NCBI GenBank assembly: GCA_005191415.1
Contig: SUPS01000001.1
Location: 1 to 52,512, forward strand
DNA: 52,512 bases
Direction of reading: 5' to 3'
Source: Candidatus Helarchaeota ASGARD archaeon Hel_GB_A
GTDB taxonomy: Archaea; Asgardarchaeota; Lokiarchaeia; Helarchaeales; HEL-GB-A
Below the pieces are notes generated by a model. That model saw nothing but the letters and a program-made list of their open reading frames with translations, had not been told where the DNA came from and did no database searches. Position numbers and translations under genes: made by a program. This document shows positions 17,261-26,462 of this stretch, in pieces (position 1 is the first letter of the stretch; the number at the start of each line of letters is the position of its first letter).

Positions 17261-18448
17261 TTATGCATAAAATTGAATTATGTCTTTATCTTGCAATTCA
17301 TAGTTGATTCCTACCTGTTTTTTGGTCATTTTTCTCCTATCTTTCGAATCTTGTCGAAAAAGTTTCGCATACTTAAAATTCTCCAGAAATTTATTATGAA
17401 GCCGTTCAGCAACATCTTGAACTACCGCCTTCTTAGGCAAGACGATGGGTATTGGCGAGGGTTCTTTCCCAGGCTCTTTAGTATAGACTCGAATTACCTC
17501 TAATAAGTCGAAAATCTTTCTTGACAATTCGGTGATACCTTTATTTTTAAGGACCGAAATAGGATGAATTTGGAATCGATCACCGTATCGACGCTTAAGA
17601 ATCCAGAAATTGTGACGTGATCCTTCTACATCGCCTTTATTTGCAACGATAATTGCTTTTTTACTTATTAATTTTGTATTAAGAGCATCAATAACATCAT
17701 CAAGAGTACATGTATCTGTAATTCTTACAATGGCATTGTGAATTTTCCTATCTACTAAAAGATCAACAATGTCTTTTCGATTACTATCTATCCGTTTTCC
17801 ATGAAATATAACAACAATGCCCCCTGAACCCGTTTTCTCGATAACTACGGGAAGTTTAGGCATATTTAGGCGAATGTTTGCAGATTCTAACTCTCGGAGA
17901 ATTAATTCCATCTGAGAAATCGGATCGATTGAAATATCAATAAGGATTAAAATAGCATCCGAATTACGTATCGCACTCAATATTTGGCGTCCATTTCCTT
18001 GCTTTACATTCATATTTTCGAAAATTGCAGGAAGCTCAATCATCTGGATAAGGATATCCTCATATTTCATCATTCCTAATGCAGGTAGTTTAGTGGTGAA
18101 ATTGTAAGCCGCAATTTCTACATCCACACCAGTTAATGCCTTCAATAACGAACTTTTTCCTGCATTTGTAGCCCCTATAATAACTATCTGCCCCGCCCCT
18201 TCTTTTTTAATACTAAAAGGTGAGACGCTGGAACTTCGACCTTTCTTCACCTTTTCTAGTTTTTTTTCGAGCTCATATTGTAATTTCGATAACCGTTTTT
18301 TAAGATTATACAATAAATTCTCTGTTCCTTTATGTTTAGGAACGAGCGCAATATACTCTCGCAAGGTTTTTATCTGTTCCTCGAGAGAGCTCGCTTGCAT
18401 ATACCTTTGTCTAGCCGCAACTGCTTCAGGAGAGAGATTCGTGGGCAC
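17261..18448 (-). CDS. DRG-type Obg-family GTPase with C-terminal TGS domain and a degenerate G3 motif
   Basis: 395-aa ORF with a GTG start. G1 is GATNAGKS, G2 is NFTT and G4 is NKGD. The TGS-like end is INYELQDKDIIQFYA. G3 reads ELPA (nt 18026-18037) instead of DxxG. Confidence 0.85.
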   Translation of the reverse strand: MPTNLSPEAVAARQRYMQASSLEEQIKTLREYIALVPKHKGTENLLYNLKKRLSKLQYELEKKLEKVKKGRSSSVSPFSIKKEGAGQIVIIGATNAGKSSLLKALTGVDVEIAAYNFTTKLPALGMMKYEDILIQMIELPAIFENMNVKQGNGRQILSAIRNSDAILILIDISIDPISQMELILRELESANIRLNMPKLPVVIEKTGSGGIVVIFHGKRIDSNRKDIVDLLVDRKIHNAIVRITDTCTLDDVIDALNTKLISKKAIIVANKGDVEGSRHNFWILKRRYGDRFQIHPISVLKNKGITELSRKIFDLLEVIRVYTKEPGKEPSPIPIVLPKKAVVQDVAERLHNKFLENFKYAKLFRQDSKDRRKMTKKQVGINYELQDKDIIQFYA

Positions 18449-18526
18449 AAATTCACCGTCGATATTTGTTTTGATTTAAAAATCTCTTCTTAAATTTTAT
18501 TAAGCTCTTAAGAAATAAAAATAATT

Positions 18527-18796
18527 ATGCATAATAAATGGCTTCACACATGGTTTCTAGGTATTATTACCATCTTTATCATTGCACCTCTCGCAGGAGT
18601 AATCGGATGGGGAATCACAAAAGATATAGGATGGTTTTGGATCCTTTTTTGGTTCTATATCGGGATGGGGGGGCTTTGCATCATTATAGATTCTATAAAC
18701 CATATTCGTTCTCATAGAGGTTTATTTGAGCATTCAAAAGGATGCTATTCGTTAAAGTTTTTCAATAAAGAAAGAGAAAAAACGGATTATTCGTAA
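18527..18796 (+). CDS. Small membrane protein (2 TM)
   Basis: 89-aa ORF with two Trp/Gly-rich hydrophobic helices. No family recognised. Confidence 0.35.
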   Translation: MHNKWLHTWFLGIITIFIIAPLAGVIGWGITKDIGWFWILFWFYIGMGGLCIIIDSINHIRSHRGLFEHSKGCYSLKFFNKEREKTDYS

Positions 18797-19983
18797 CGTA
18801 AAGCCTCTACCGGCTTAACTGAAGCCGCTCGATAGGACGGAAACGCTCCAGCAGCAGCTCCGATACCCGTTGCCATTCCTATTCCGACCATAAAAATCCA
18901 AGGTTGGAGGCTGTAAGCTAATGGAAATCCATACATCGCCGAAACTATCCCTGTAAGCCCCAAAACATTAACAACTGATAGAATACATCCTAAAATCCCT
19001 CCAATGAGTGCCACAAAAACTGATTCTGTCATAAAAATTGTGAGTACATGGCTCCGTTTTCCTCCTATTGATTTTATAATCCCAATTTCTCGCGTTCGTT
19101 CGAGTACGGACATCATTGTTGTATTAGTGATCATTAAAGCTCCAACTAATAAACTGATACTTCCTATAGCGATTAATACCGCAAAGATGAGATTTAAAAT
19201 TTGTTCAGACATTGCAAGGATCTCTTCGCTGGTAATCACTTCCGCTTGAGGCCATGTTTCCCGAATTGCCTCAGCGATTGCCGTCATATCTGCTCCCTCC
19301 TTAATTGTCACAAGATAGTATTGAACATTATCCGTCGCCATTATCTCCTGCATAATTTCTAATGTGGTATAAGCAAAACCTGCCATAATAAATGAAATAT
19401 CAATTTGGAATGCAGATGTGATACCGACAATTGTAAATTCCATAATTGTGCTGGTCATCATGCTAGAAACAATTAAAGTATCATTAATGTGGTACCCTAA
19501 TAAATTTGCCGCTGATTCATCTATAAGGACTGGCCTCTTTATTCCGTGGTCAAGTGCCCACGTGAGATCATGTCCTTCAATAATCGTTACACCGAACCTA
19601 ACTTCAAGTTTTGAAGGGTTAATTCCTGCCAAATTCAAATACTCTCCCTGAATCATAACGAAATCCTCAATTACTCCCACCGTATCATTTACTCCCTCAA
19701 TGTCCATAATTAAGTTTCCCACTTCGGATGGAACAGATGGACGTGAAGACGTGAGTTGAGATGAAACAATGATCCCTGCCCCCATCATTTGATTAATTAT
19801 AGACGTAATTTGAATTTGCATCCCGACGCCTATACTCATTAATGCAACAAAAGTCATTATCCCAATTGTAATACCAAGAACGGTCAAAAATGTTCTGAAT
19901 GACCGATATCTCATACTGCGTAATGCCATCTTCACAGAAAATGAAAAAATTCGAAAACTTTTGCCGAATTTTGCGAAGCCCAT
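18787..19983 (-). CDS. ABC-transporter permease of the FtsX/MacB type
   Basis: 398-aa ORF. N-terminal TM, a ~230-aa extracytoplasmic domain, then three C-terminal TM helices with ERTREIGIIKSIGGKRSHV (the FtsX-domain signature). No ATPase gene is adjacent. Confidence 0.8.
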   Translation of the reverse strand: MGFAKFGKSFRIFSFSVKMALRSMRYRSFRTFLTVLGITIGIMTFVALMSIGVGMQIQITSIINQMMGAGIIVSSQLTSSRPSVPSEVGNLIMDIEGVNDTVGVIEDFVMIQGEYLNLAGINPSKLEVRFGVTIIEGHDLTWALDHGIKRPVLIDESAANLLGYHINDTLIVSSMMTSTIMEFTIVGITSAFQIDISFIMAGFAYTTLEIMQEIMATDNVQYYLVTIKEGADMTAIAEAIRETWPQAEVITSEEILAMSEQILNLIFAVLIAIGSISLLVGALMITNTTMMSVLERTREIGIIKSIGGKRSHVLTIFMTESVFVALIGGILGCILSVVNVLGLTGIVSAMYGFPLAYSLQPWIFMVGIGMATGIGAAAGAFPSYRAASVKPVEALRYE

Positions 19984-20294
19984 TGCGGTTTTTCAATCTC
20001 CTTTATATATTCTTTACTCAACACCTGCTTTCGCGTTATATATTACCCATATTGTGAATATATCCTCTAATTTGCAGTTGTATTCTCTTTTTTAGGATTG
20101 TTATTTTATAGATGTGAGGAACCTCAAATAAACTTTACTAACCTCTATTTAGGAATTTGATTTTCTAAAAAATTCTTAGACGCATAACGTTAATGATTGC
20201 TTAATCTTGGTTCTTAGGCAATAGACTTTTGTACCTGTGTGCGGTTGTATTTTCAATTTCATAAGATAAATATAGACTGTAAGAACTAACAAAT

Positions 20295-22301
20295 ATGAAG
20301 ATGAAGTCTATGGATAAAATAAGACGGAAAAGAGTTAAGACCTTTTTAATTGCTGTAATTTTTCTTCTACCTTTCTTTTCCTTTACTGTTTCTATCAATG
20401 ATGCTACTATTTCATCTTTTCTTCCTATTCAAAATTTGCCACCTGATAATTCCATTTTAATTCCCGAATCTGCTCAGAATGGGAATATGAATCAGCAAAA
20501 ACTTTCACCTTATTTTCAACAACTCTTAAAAACAGGAAATTTAGGTCAAACGGTTTCTTGTATCGTTCTTTTAAAGGATCAAGTTACAAAAGAAGTGGTA
20601 ACCCAAATTAAACATGATACTTCGTGTCAAGATAGAAATGCTTTTAGAAAATTGTTATACGCAGAAACGAAAAAACGAGTTGAGCCCCAACAGAAGGCAT
20701 TAACTACTCCTATCCTGCTACTAGGTGGGAAAATTAAAGGGCATTCAGTTATTTTAAATGCACTCTTCGTAGAAATCACGCTCGAAAATTTACCAAAATT
20801 GGCAGAATTATCTCAAATTGCCCGAATAGAGCCCGACTATCGACTACAAATCCAATTAGATCATAGCCAACAAATTGTGTTGAATACCACATCTCCAGGC
20901 TGGAATTATACTTATGATGGATCAGGTGTCATCGTTGCCGTTTGTGATACTGGTATTGATAAAAATCATCCGAATTTAGTTGGACGCGTTATAGCTGAAG
21001 AAACTTTCATTGGAGGAACTCCCGATGATACCAACGGACACGGGACACATGTTGCTGGGATAATCGCAAGTAATAATAGTATTTTTCATGGAATTGCATC
21101 TGGGGTTAGCCTAGTCAATGTTAAAATAATGAATTCTGCTGGATCTGGATATTCTACTGATCTTTTTGAGGGTGTTGAATGGCTATTAAATGGAAGCGGG
21201 CCAGGTGTCGATATAATCAATTTATCCGCAGGGACCCCTGATAATGCAGATGGTGAATCCGTTTTGTCACGCTTTGTTGATGCAATTGTTTCCGAATATG
21301 GTATCGTTTGGGTTAATGCAGCTGGTAACTCTGGTCCTAGTAGCTCTTCATTAGAAATTCCTGGTGATTCGATGAATTGCATTTCTGTTGCAAATTTTAA
21401 AGATAACAATGATCCTAATCCCTCTGCATGGTCCATTTTTGACTCAAGTAGTCGTGGTCCTACATTAGACGGCCGAAAGAAGCCAGATCTCGCGGCTCCA
21501 GGCACGAATATCAAATCCTGCAACTCCAATTGGGAATCATCTGATGATTTTGTCTTAAAAAGCGGAACCAGTATGGCAGCTCCGCATGTTACAGGTGCTG
21601 CAGCCCTCTTATGGCAATACCTTTCGATAAACTACGCATCCCTCGATCCTTGGTGGTATGCCTTAGCGGTAAAGGCTATCCTTATTCATACTTCTTACGA
21701 TCTGGGAACCCCAGGCTATGACTATGCATATGGCTATGGAGCTGTAGATATGGGTGCAACTTGGAATTTCATCCAATCAGGACATCTCGAGGTGGAGAAT
21801 CTCAGTCGCCCGTACGGAATCTGTAAGTATCGAATAGTATTAACCTCCCCTCAAGCAATTAATGTTACGTTGGTCTGGAATCGGTATGCAACAACTAACT
21901 ATACACATATTACATCTTACCAACTCGCTGATATTGACATGTACTTAACAAATGCAGATGGTATTCCCTTAGCTTCCTCCACTAACAAGGTTGATAATGT
22001 CGAACAGATTTCATACTTTGCGCCCAACGGGACCTATTATCTTATTGTCGGGATTTCTACTTTTACTCATGATCCCCAAGAATTTGTCATTGTTTCTAAC
22101 GTTTCCCTAACTCTAACTGAAAAATTTCAAACATGGGATCTTTTTCAGATTCTATTCGTTGTTAGTATCGTTGGCATGGTTGTAGTTGGTGCTATTTATA
22201 TTTATTATTGGCTTCGCGAACGAAGGGCTGAAGAACTCGATGAAGAAGATGTAGAATATGAATCTACTTGGCCCGATTGGTCATCTCCTCCTGCCTATTA
22301 A
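20295..22301 (+). CDS. Subtilisin-like serine protease (S8) with signal/anchor sequence, propeptide and C-terminal TM anchor
   Basis: 668-aa ORF. Catalytic triad motifs VAVCDTGID, HGTHVAGI and SGTSMAAPHVTGAAAL. N-terminal hydrophobic segment FLIAVIFLLPFFSF. C-terminal TM ILFVVSIVGMVVVGAIYIYYWL followed by an acidic tail. Confidence 0.9.
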   Translation: MKMKSMDKIRRKRVKTFLIAVIFLLPFFSFTVSINDATISSFLPIQNLPPDNSILIPESAQNGNMNQQKLSPYFQQLLKTGNLGQTVSCIVLLKDQVTKEVVTQIKHDTSCQDRNAFRKLLYAETKKRVEPQQKALTTPILLLGGKIKGHSVILNALFVEITLENLPKLAELSQIARIEPDYRLQIQLDHSQQIVLNTTSPGWNYTYDGSGVIVAVCDTGIDKNHPNLVGRVIAEETFIGGTPDDTNGHGTHVAGIIASNNSIFHGIASGVSLVNVKIMNSAGSGYSTDLFEGVEWLLNGSGPGVDIINLSAGTPDNADGESVLSRFVDAIVSEYGIVWVNAAGNSGPSSSSLEIPGDSMNCISVANFKDNNDPNPSAWSIFDSSSRGPTLDGRKKPDLAAPGTNIKSCNSNWESSDDFVLKSGTSMAAPHVTGAAALLWQYLSINYASLDPWWYALAVKAILIHTSYDLGTPGYDYAYGYGAVDMGATWNFIQSGHLEVENLSRPYGICKYRIVLTSPQAINVTLVWNRYATTNYTHITSYQLADIDMYLTNADGIPLASSTNKVDNVEQISYFAPNGTYYLIVGISTFTHDPQEFVIVSNVSLTLTEKFQTWDLFQILFVVSIVGMVVVGAIYIYYWLRERRAEELDEEDVEYESTWPDWSSPPAY

Positions 22302-22320
22302 TATGCTATATCCTTCCTTG

Positions 22321-22935
22321 TTATTTTTTCCTTGCGTTGATAATGACTATCTTCTCAAAAAAGAAAGACCTTTTTGCTACTATTTCTACTTGTAATCCGC
22401 ATTTTCGGAAATTCTGGCAAGTTTTGGGAATATCAGAAAAGCTCGATTGGACTAGCTGAACGAGTCCACCTTGTTTTAGAAAATTGCTGCATTTTTTGAT
22501 AAATGGATCAATTAGGTTTCGTCCATTTTTTCCTCCATCCCATGCTATTTCCAGCCAATCTTTCCTTGAGGAGGTAGTTTTCTCTGGTTCAGGTAGATAT
22601 GGCGGATTAAAAAGGATAAGGTCGAATTTTTCTCCTTCAACCACTGGATCAAACAAATTTCCCTCTCGAACTTCAACTTTATTTGATAAATGGTTCATTT
22701 GTATATTTTTCTCAGCACATTTAACAGCAATTGGTGAAATATCTGTTGCTATAACTTTTTCGGCAGTTTTCGCGGCAATTAGTGCCACAAGTCCGCTTCC
22801 TGTTCCAATTTCTAAGACTCGATCTCCTGATTTCACTATCAAGTTTTCAATTAAAAGATACGTATCATCACTGGGAAAATATACGTTTTCTGGAATCTCT
22901 AATCGTAATCCACGATATTCTAAGATCCTATTCAT
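22321..22935 (-). CDS. HemK-related/Mtq2-like class I SAM-dependent methyltransferase
   Basis: 204-aa ORF. SAM-binding VLEIGTGSGLVAL and the NPPY motif in LILFNPPYLP. Follows ksgA with a 2-nt gap. Confidence 0.8.
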   Translation of the reverse strand: MNRILEYRGLRLEIPENVYFPSDDTYLLIENLIVKSGDRVLEIGTGSGLVALIAAKTAEKVIATDISPIAVKCAEKNIQMNHLSNKVEVREGNLFDPVVEGEKFDLILFNPPYLPEPEKTTSSRKDWLEIAWDGGKNGRNLIDPFIKKCSNFLKQGGLVQLVQSSFSDIPKTCQNFRKCGLQVEIVAKRSFFFEKIVIINARKK

Positions 22936-22937
22936 TG

Positions 22938-23804
22938 CTATATTCCTTTTAATCCTCGTATTATCTGATATAACTCATAAAATTGTTGTAATGATAAACG
23001 AAAAATGCGTTGATTCGTTAACTCCATCTGTTTAATTTTTTCCTCTGGAATACCCGTGAATTCATGGTGTTTCAGATAAAGACTAACTGCGCGCTTTACG
23101 CTTTTATTTCGGAACGAAAAAAGATGTCGCACAAAATCGAAGAAGTCATTTTCATCATCCAACTCAAAGGGAGGTTTAATAGGAGTTAGGCGAATAAGAG
23201 CAGAATCTACTTTAGGCATTGGATAAAAAAAGGATTTTGGAATTGGTTTTAGATATTCTACCTTTGCATAATATTGGACCCCAACTGTAATACGTCCATA
23301 CTTTTTCGTTCCTGGTACTGCCACCATTCGCTCAGCAAATTCTTTTTGATAAGTCAATACTGAAAGGATATATGCTGATTGGATAATTTTAAATGTCAAT
23401 GGAGATGAGATTTTATACGGTGGATTCGAAATTATTTTTGTCCCTTCAAATATTTCACTATTTAATTTCAAAATGTCTCCCAATATAATTTCAATATTAT
23501 TATACGATGCTAATTCTTCCTGAAGAACTTGAATTAATTTGGAGTCAAATTCAATAGCATATACTTTTTCCGCTTTTTCCGCTAAATACTTTGTTAAAGT
23601 CCCCAATCCTGCACCAATTTCAACAACTCTATCCCCCTCATTTAGATCGGAATATTGAATATGCCAGGCAATTAATTTTGGATCAATCACAAAATTTTGA
23701 GAATACTTTTTAAATGCGCGCAAATTATAACGTTTAAGAATTCTCTTAATATCAGCTAACAATTGATTACGTGAAATGTTTATAGCTCTTCCCTCAACTA
23801 ACAA
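22938..23804 (-). CDS. ksgA: 16S rRNA (adenine-N6,N6)-dimethyltransferase KsgA/Dim1
   Basis: 288-aa ORF. KYSQNFVIDPKLI, VVEIGAGLGTLT and ISNPPYKISSPL are hallmark KsgA motifs. Confidence 0.9.
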   Translation of the reverse strand: MLVEGRAINISRNQLLADIKRILKRYNLRAFKKYSQNFVIDPKLIAWHIQYSDLNEGDRVVEIGAGLGTLTKYLAEKAEKVYAIEFDSKLIQVLQEELASYNNIEIILGDILKLNSEIFEGTKIISNPPYKISSPLTFKIIQSAYILSVLTYQKEFAERMVAVPGTKKYGRITVGVQYYAKVEYLKPIPKSFFYPMPKVDSALIRLTPIKPPFELDDENDFFDFVRHLFSFRNKSVKRAVSLYLKHHEFTGIPEEKIKQMELTNQRIFRLSLQQFYELYQIIRGLKGI

Positions 23805-23833
23805 TTACTAATTTTTTCTTCAAGAAATATGTT

Positions 23834-25189
23834 TTATGCAACATGTAATACATCCAATTCTATAACTGATACTTGCGTTTTGAGAAGGTCACTTAAATTC
23901 GGTTGTGTACGTCCATCATCACCAGTACAAAGTTCTTTCACATAACAGCCACCTTGACATCTTACAATTATTTCTAATTTAGTTTCTCCAATTGGCGTGG
24001 TCTTAAATTCATAGACCTTTTTGATTCGAAGTTTATCCGCACGACGATGCACAACTCGCTTTGGGGTTCTTTGCTGAATGACTGCACCTGAAAGAACTTC
24101 ATCCGCGTGTTTGATAGTTTCTAGAGTAACTGGATCTTTAGTTTCTACAATAATTCTATAAGTTTTCTCTGTAATTTGTGCGAGTGCTTTAATATTACGA
24201 ATAGTCGCCCGATCTGAATATTGTAAATCTAAAACTTCAACATTTCCTTGAGCTAATTCATTTATTTTTTCTTGTATCCATTTTAAATCAATAAATCGTT
24301 TCTTAGGCTCCTTAATCTCAACTACAAAAGGGCGTCCTGTTCCTAACATTCTTGCATCAATATCTTCCCGACCTGCTCCATGAAATTTGTATTCTACTCC
24401 CTCCGCTACTTTTAAAATAGGTTCTGCAATGAATGCTTCTACGGAATGTTCATACCGTAAGCCTTTTCCCTCACATTCATCACATCCGCGTCCCTCACAA
24501 TTCCAGCAAATCCACCGCGTCTGAGAGATTCCTCGCTTTAATTTTCGATATCGTCCAAAAATAAAGAGAGGGTTTATATGCATTTCAATATCCTGCGTGA
24601 TTGGATTTATTATCGCAAGAATATCCGGAGATTCAAAATTTACTTCTTTCTCTAGCCCAGTAATCCGTTTCCCAATTTCCCGATTTAATTCAGCCTTTAT
24701 GGATTCCCCATATTTTATGTTAAATTTAGCTCTTAACACATCTTCCCTATCAATAACAATTTCAGGAATCCTTGATCCAATCAAAAACGTTCGATATTCC
24801 CAATTATTTAATTTTTTTGTGATTAATTCGGCAAAAGTCCCTATTTTTTCCATAAATCCCTCACAAATGTAGCAGGCTTGAACGGGATCAACATTGATTC
24901 CAAGTTTTTTTAAGGTTGCAACGGCACCTGAAAAGTTTCCATGGGTTGCAACTGTCTTTAACAGAGCAATTCCTTCTGTTTTATGCCCTTCCTCGATTAA
25001 CTCACTCGCTACAAGGGTAAGATATAGCTTTAGAGCCCTTCCCCTCTCTGAATTAGTAATATTCCGTCCTAGAAAAGCAAACTGGCGCCCTAAACAACTG
25101 TCGCACAAATTATATTGATCCAACATCTCGTGCGCAGATTTAACAATCCTTGAAATATCTTCATCCGATAACGACGCTATCCCATTCAA
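23834..25189 (-). CDS. pus10: tRNA pseudouridine synthase Pus10
   Basis: 451-aa ORF. N-terminal zinc motif CDSCLGRQF. WICWNCEGRGCDECEGKG. Catalytic signature GAGREDIDARMLGTGRPFVVE. Confidence 0.85.
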   Translation of the reverse strand: MNGIASLSDEDISRIVKSAHEMLDQYNLCDSCLGRQFAFLGRNITNSERGRALKLYLTLVASELIEEGHKTEGIALLKTVATHGNFSGAVATLKKLGINVDPVQACYICEGFMEKIGTFAELITKKLNNWEYRTFLIGSRIPEIVIDREDVLRAKFNIKYGESIKAELNREIGKRITGLEKEVNFESPDILAIINPITQDIEMHINPLFIFGRYRKLKRGISQTRWICWNCEGRGCDECEGKGLRYEHSVEAFIAEPILKVAEGVEYKFHGAGREDIDARMLGTGRPFVVEIKEPKKRFIDLKWIQEKINELAQGNVEVLDLQYSDRATIRNIKALAQITEKTYRIIVETKDPVTLETIKHADEVLSGAVIQQRTPKRVVHRRADKLRIKKVYEFKTTPIGETKLEIIVRCQGGCYVKELCTGDDGRTQPNLSDLLKTQVSVIELDVLHVA

Positions 25190-25340
25190 TTTTTTCTCAA
25201 CAATTCTTCTGTTTGTGTATTTAAAATTATATTAGAATTTAAAATTTCAGCTTTCTAGTTAAATTTTTGAGGACTAAAATTCATAGATAAATTGTCAATT
25301 AATAAATACTTTTCATCAATTAATAGGAGTTTGAGCAACT

Positions 25341-26090
25341 ATTCAAATAGCATTTTTCCTCGGAATTGGAATCGCTATTATAGCTATCTTAATCTTTATA
25401 ATTGTTTATTTAAAATATCTCCGCGGCCGGGAAATAAGGCGATTTAGCGCGGATCAAATAAAATCCCAAATTGGCGACCTCTCAAATCTCGCGCATATTC
25501 TCGTAATTTATAAACAAAGCGGTATCGCGATATTTTCCCAAAATTTCGGTTATGATTATCTCGACCCGACTCTCCTTAGTGGTTTATTGGAAGCTATCAA
25601 TATCGTAGGTTCCAAGGTAGGTGCCAAAGGGAAACTGCGCCGCCTTGAATATGAAAAATATCGAATTTTGATTCATGAAGGTAGATATGTTCGTGGAATT
25701 GTTATGTGTCGTGAAAACCCTTCATCTTTCTTAGAAGATGCCTTGACCGTTTTCGTTAAGCGTTTTGAGAATAAATTTGCTGGTACTTTAATGGAATGGA
25801 ACGGAGATCTAAGTAAATTTCAAACAGCAGTCGAACTTGTAGATGATTGTTTTTCGATTGCGCTCATTTATCCTATGGTCGTCATGTGGGAAGGTGAAAA
25901 TCCCGAAGAACTCACCGAACTCGAACAAAAAATCCTTGAAATCGCTAAAGAAGTTTGTCTCGAAAAAGAGTGTTTTCTCATTCCTGACTTGTTAGAGATC
26001 TTAAAAACAAAATTGAAAAAATCTCCCGATAAACTTCTAGCTCTTCTCTATGATCTTCATAAACGCCAATATTTTATATCACTCACGTAA
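25341..26090 (+). CDS. Membrane-anchored longin-like domain protein with C-terminal winged-helix-like module; non-canonical start or frameshift
   Basis: The frame is open from 25335 and encodes a TM helix (IAFFLGIGIAIIAILIFIIVYL) and the first longin strands (HILVIYKQSGIAIFS). These are 11/15 identical to HILIIHKESGIAIFS of the 1019-aa protein. There is no ATG/GTG/TTG in frame before the TTG at 25587. ATT at 25341 lies 11 nt after AGGAG. The ORF track only reports 25587..26090. Confidence 0.6.
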   Translation: MQIAFFLGIGIAIIAILIFIIVYLKYLRGREIRRFSADQIKSQIGDLSNLAHILVIYKQSGIAIFSQNFGYDYLDPTLLSGLLEAINIVGSKVGAKGKLRRLEYEKYRILIHEGRYVRGIVMCRENPSSFLEDALTVFVKRFENKFAGTLMEWNGDLSKFQTAVELVDDCFSIALIYPMVVMWEGENPEELTELEQKILEIAKEVCLEKECFLIPDLLEILKTKLKKSPDKLLALLYDLHKRQYFISLT

Positions 26091-26462
26091 GATGCACTTC
26101 TTTTTTTATAAAAATAATATCATTCAATTATAAGACACAACAATTTTTAGTTATAATTCTCGCTTATCGTAATTTATCAATTTTCAAAGTATAATATAAA
26201 CTTTCTTAGGTAATCCCTCCCTATGGTAAATGGAAAATTGAATTTAAGTGCTAAAAACTTCATTGGTTGTTAATATGGTAGATAAGAAACCGTTAAATTT
26301 AAGGAGATGAAATTCGGTTAGTCATAGAGAAAGGTGCTGCACATCAAAAATGTACTTGGACATCCCCGAGTGTCCAAGTTTGGCATAGTTTATATCATCA
26401 GAAAGGATCAAATTTTTATTAGTATCAATCTTTATAAAAATAACACTCGCGAGGCGATTAAA

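Noticed and set aside
20201-20398. 65-aa minus-strand ORF overlapping the subtilisin start region
   Set aside because: It is short, overlaps the signal-peptide-coding region of a strong gene on the opposite strand, and has no motif.
21086-21529. 147-aa minus-strand ORF inside the subtilisin gene
   Set aside because: It is antisense to the catalytic core (His and Ser motifs lie on the plus strand) and has no motif.
22484-23035. 183-aa plus-strand ORF antisense to the HemK-like and KsgA genes
   Set aside because: It is a shadow ORF opposite two genes with strong methyltransferase motifs.
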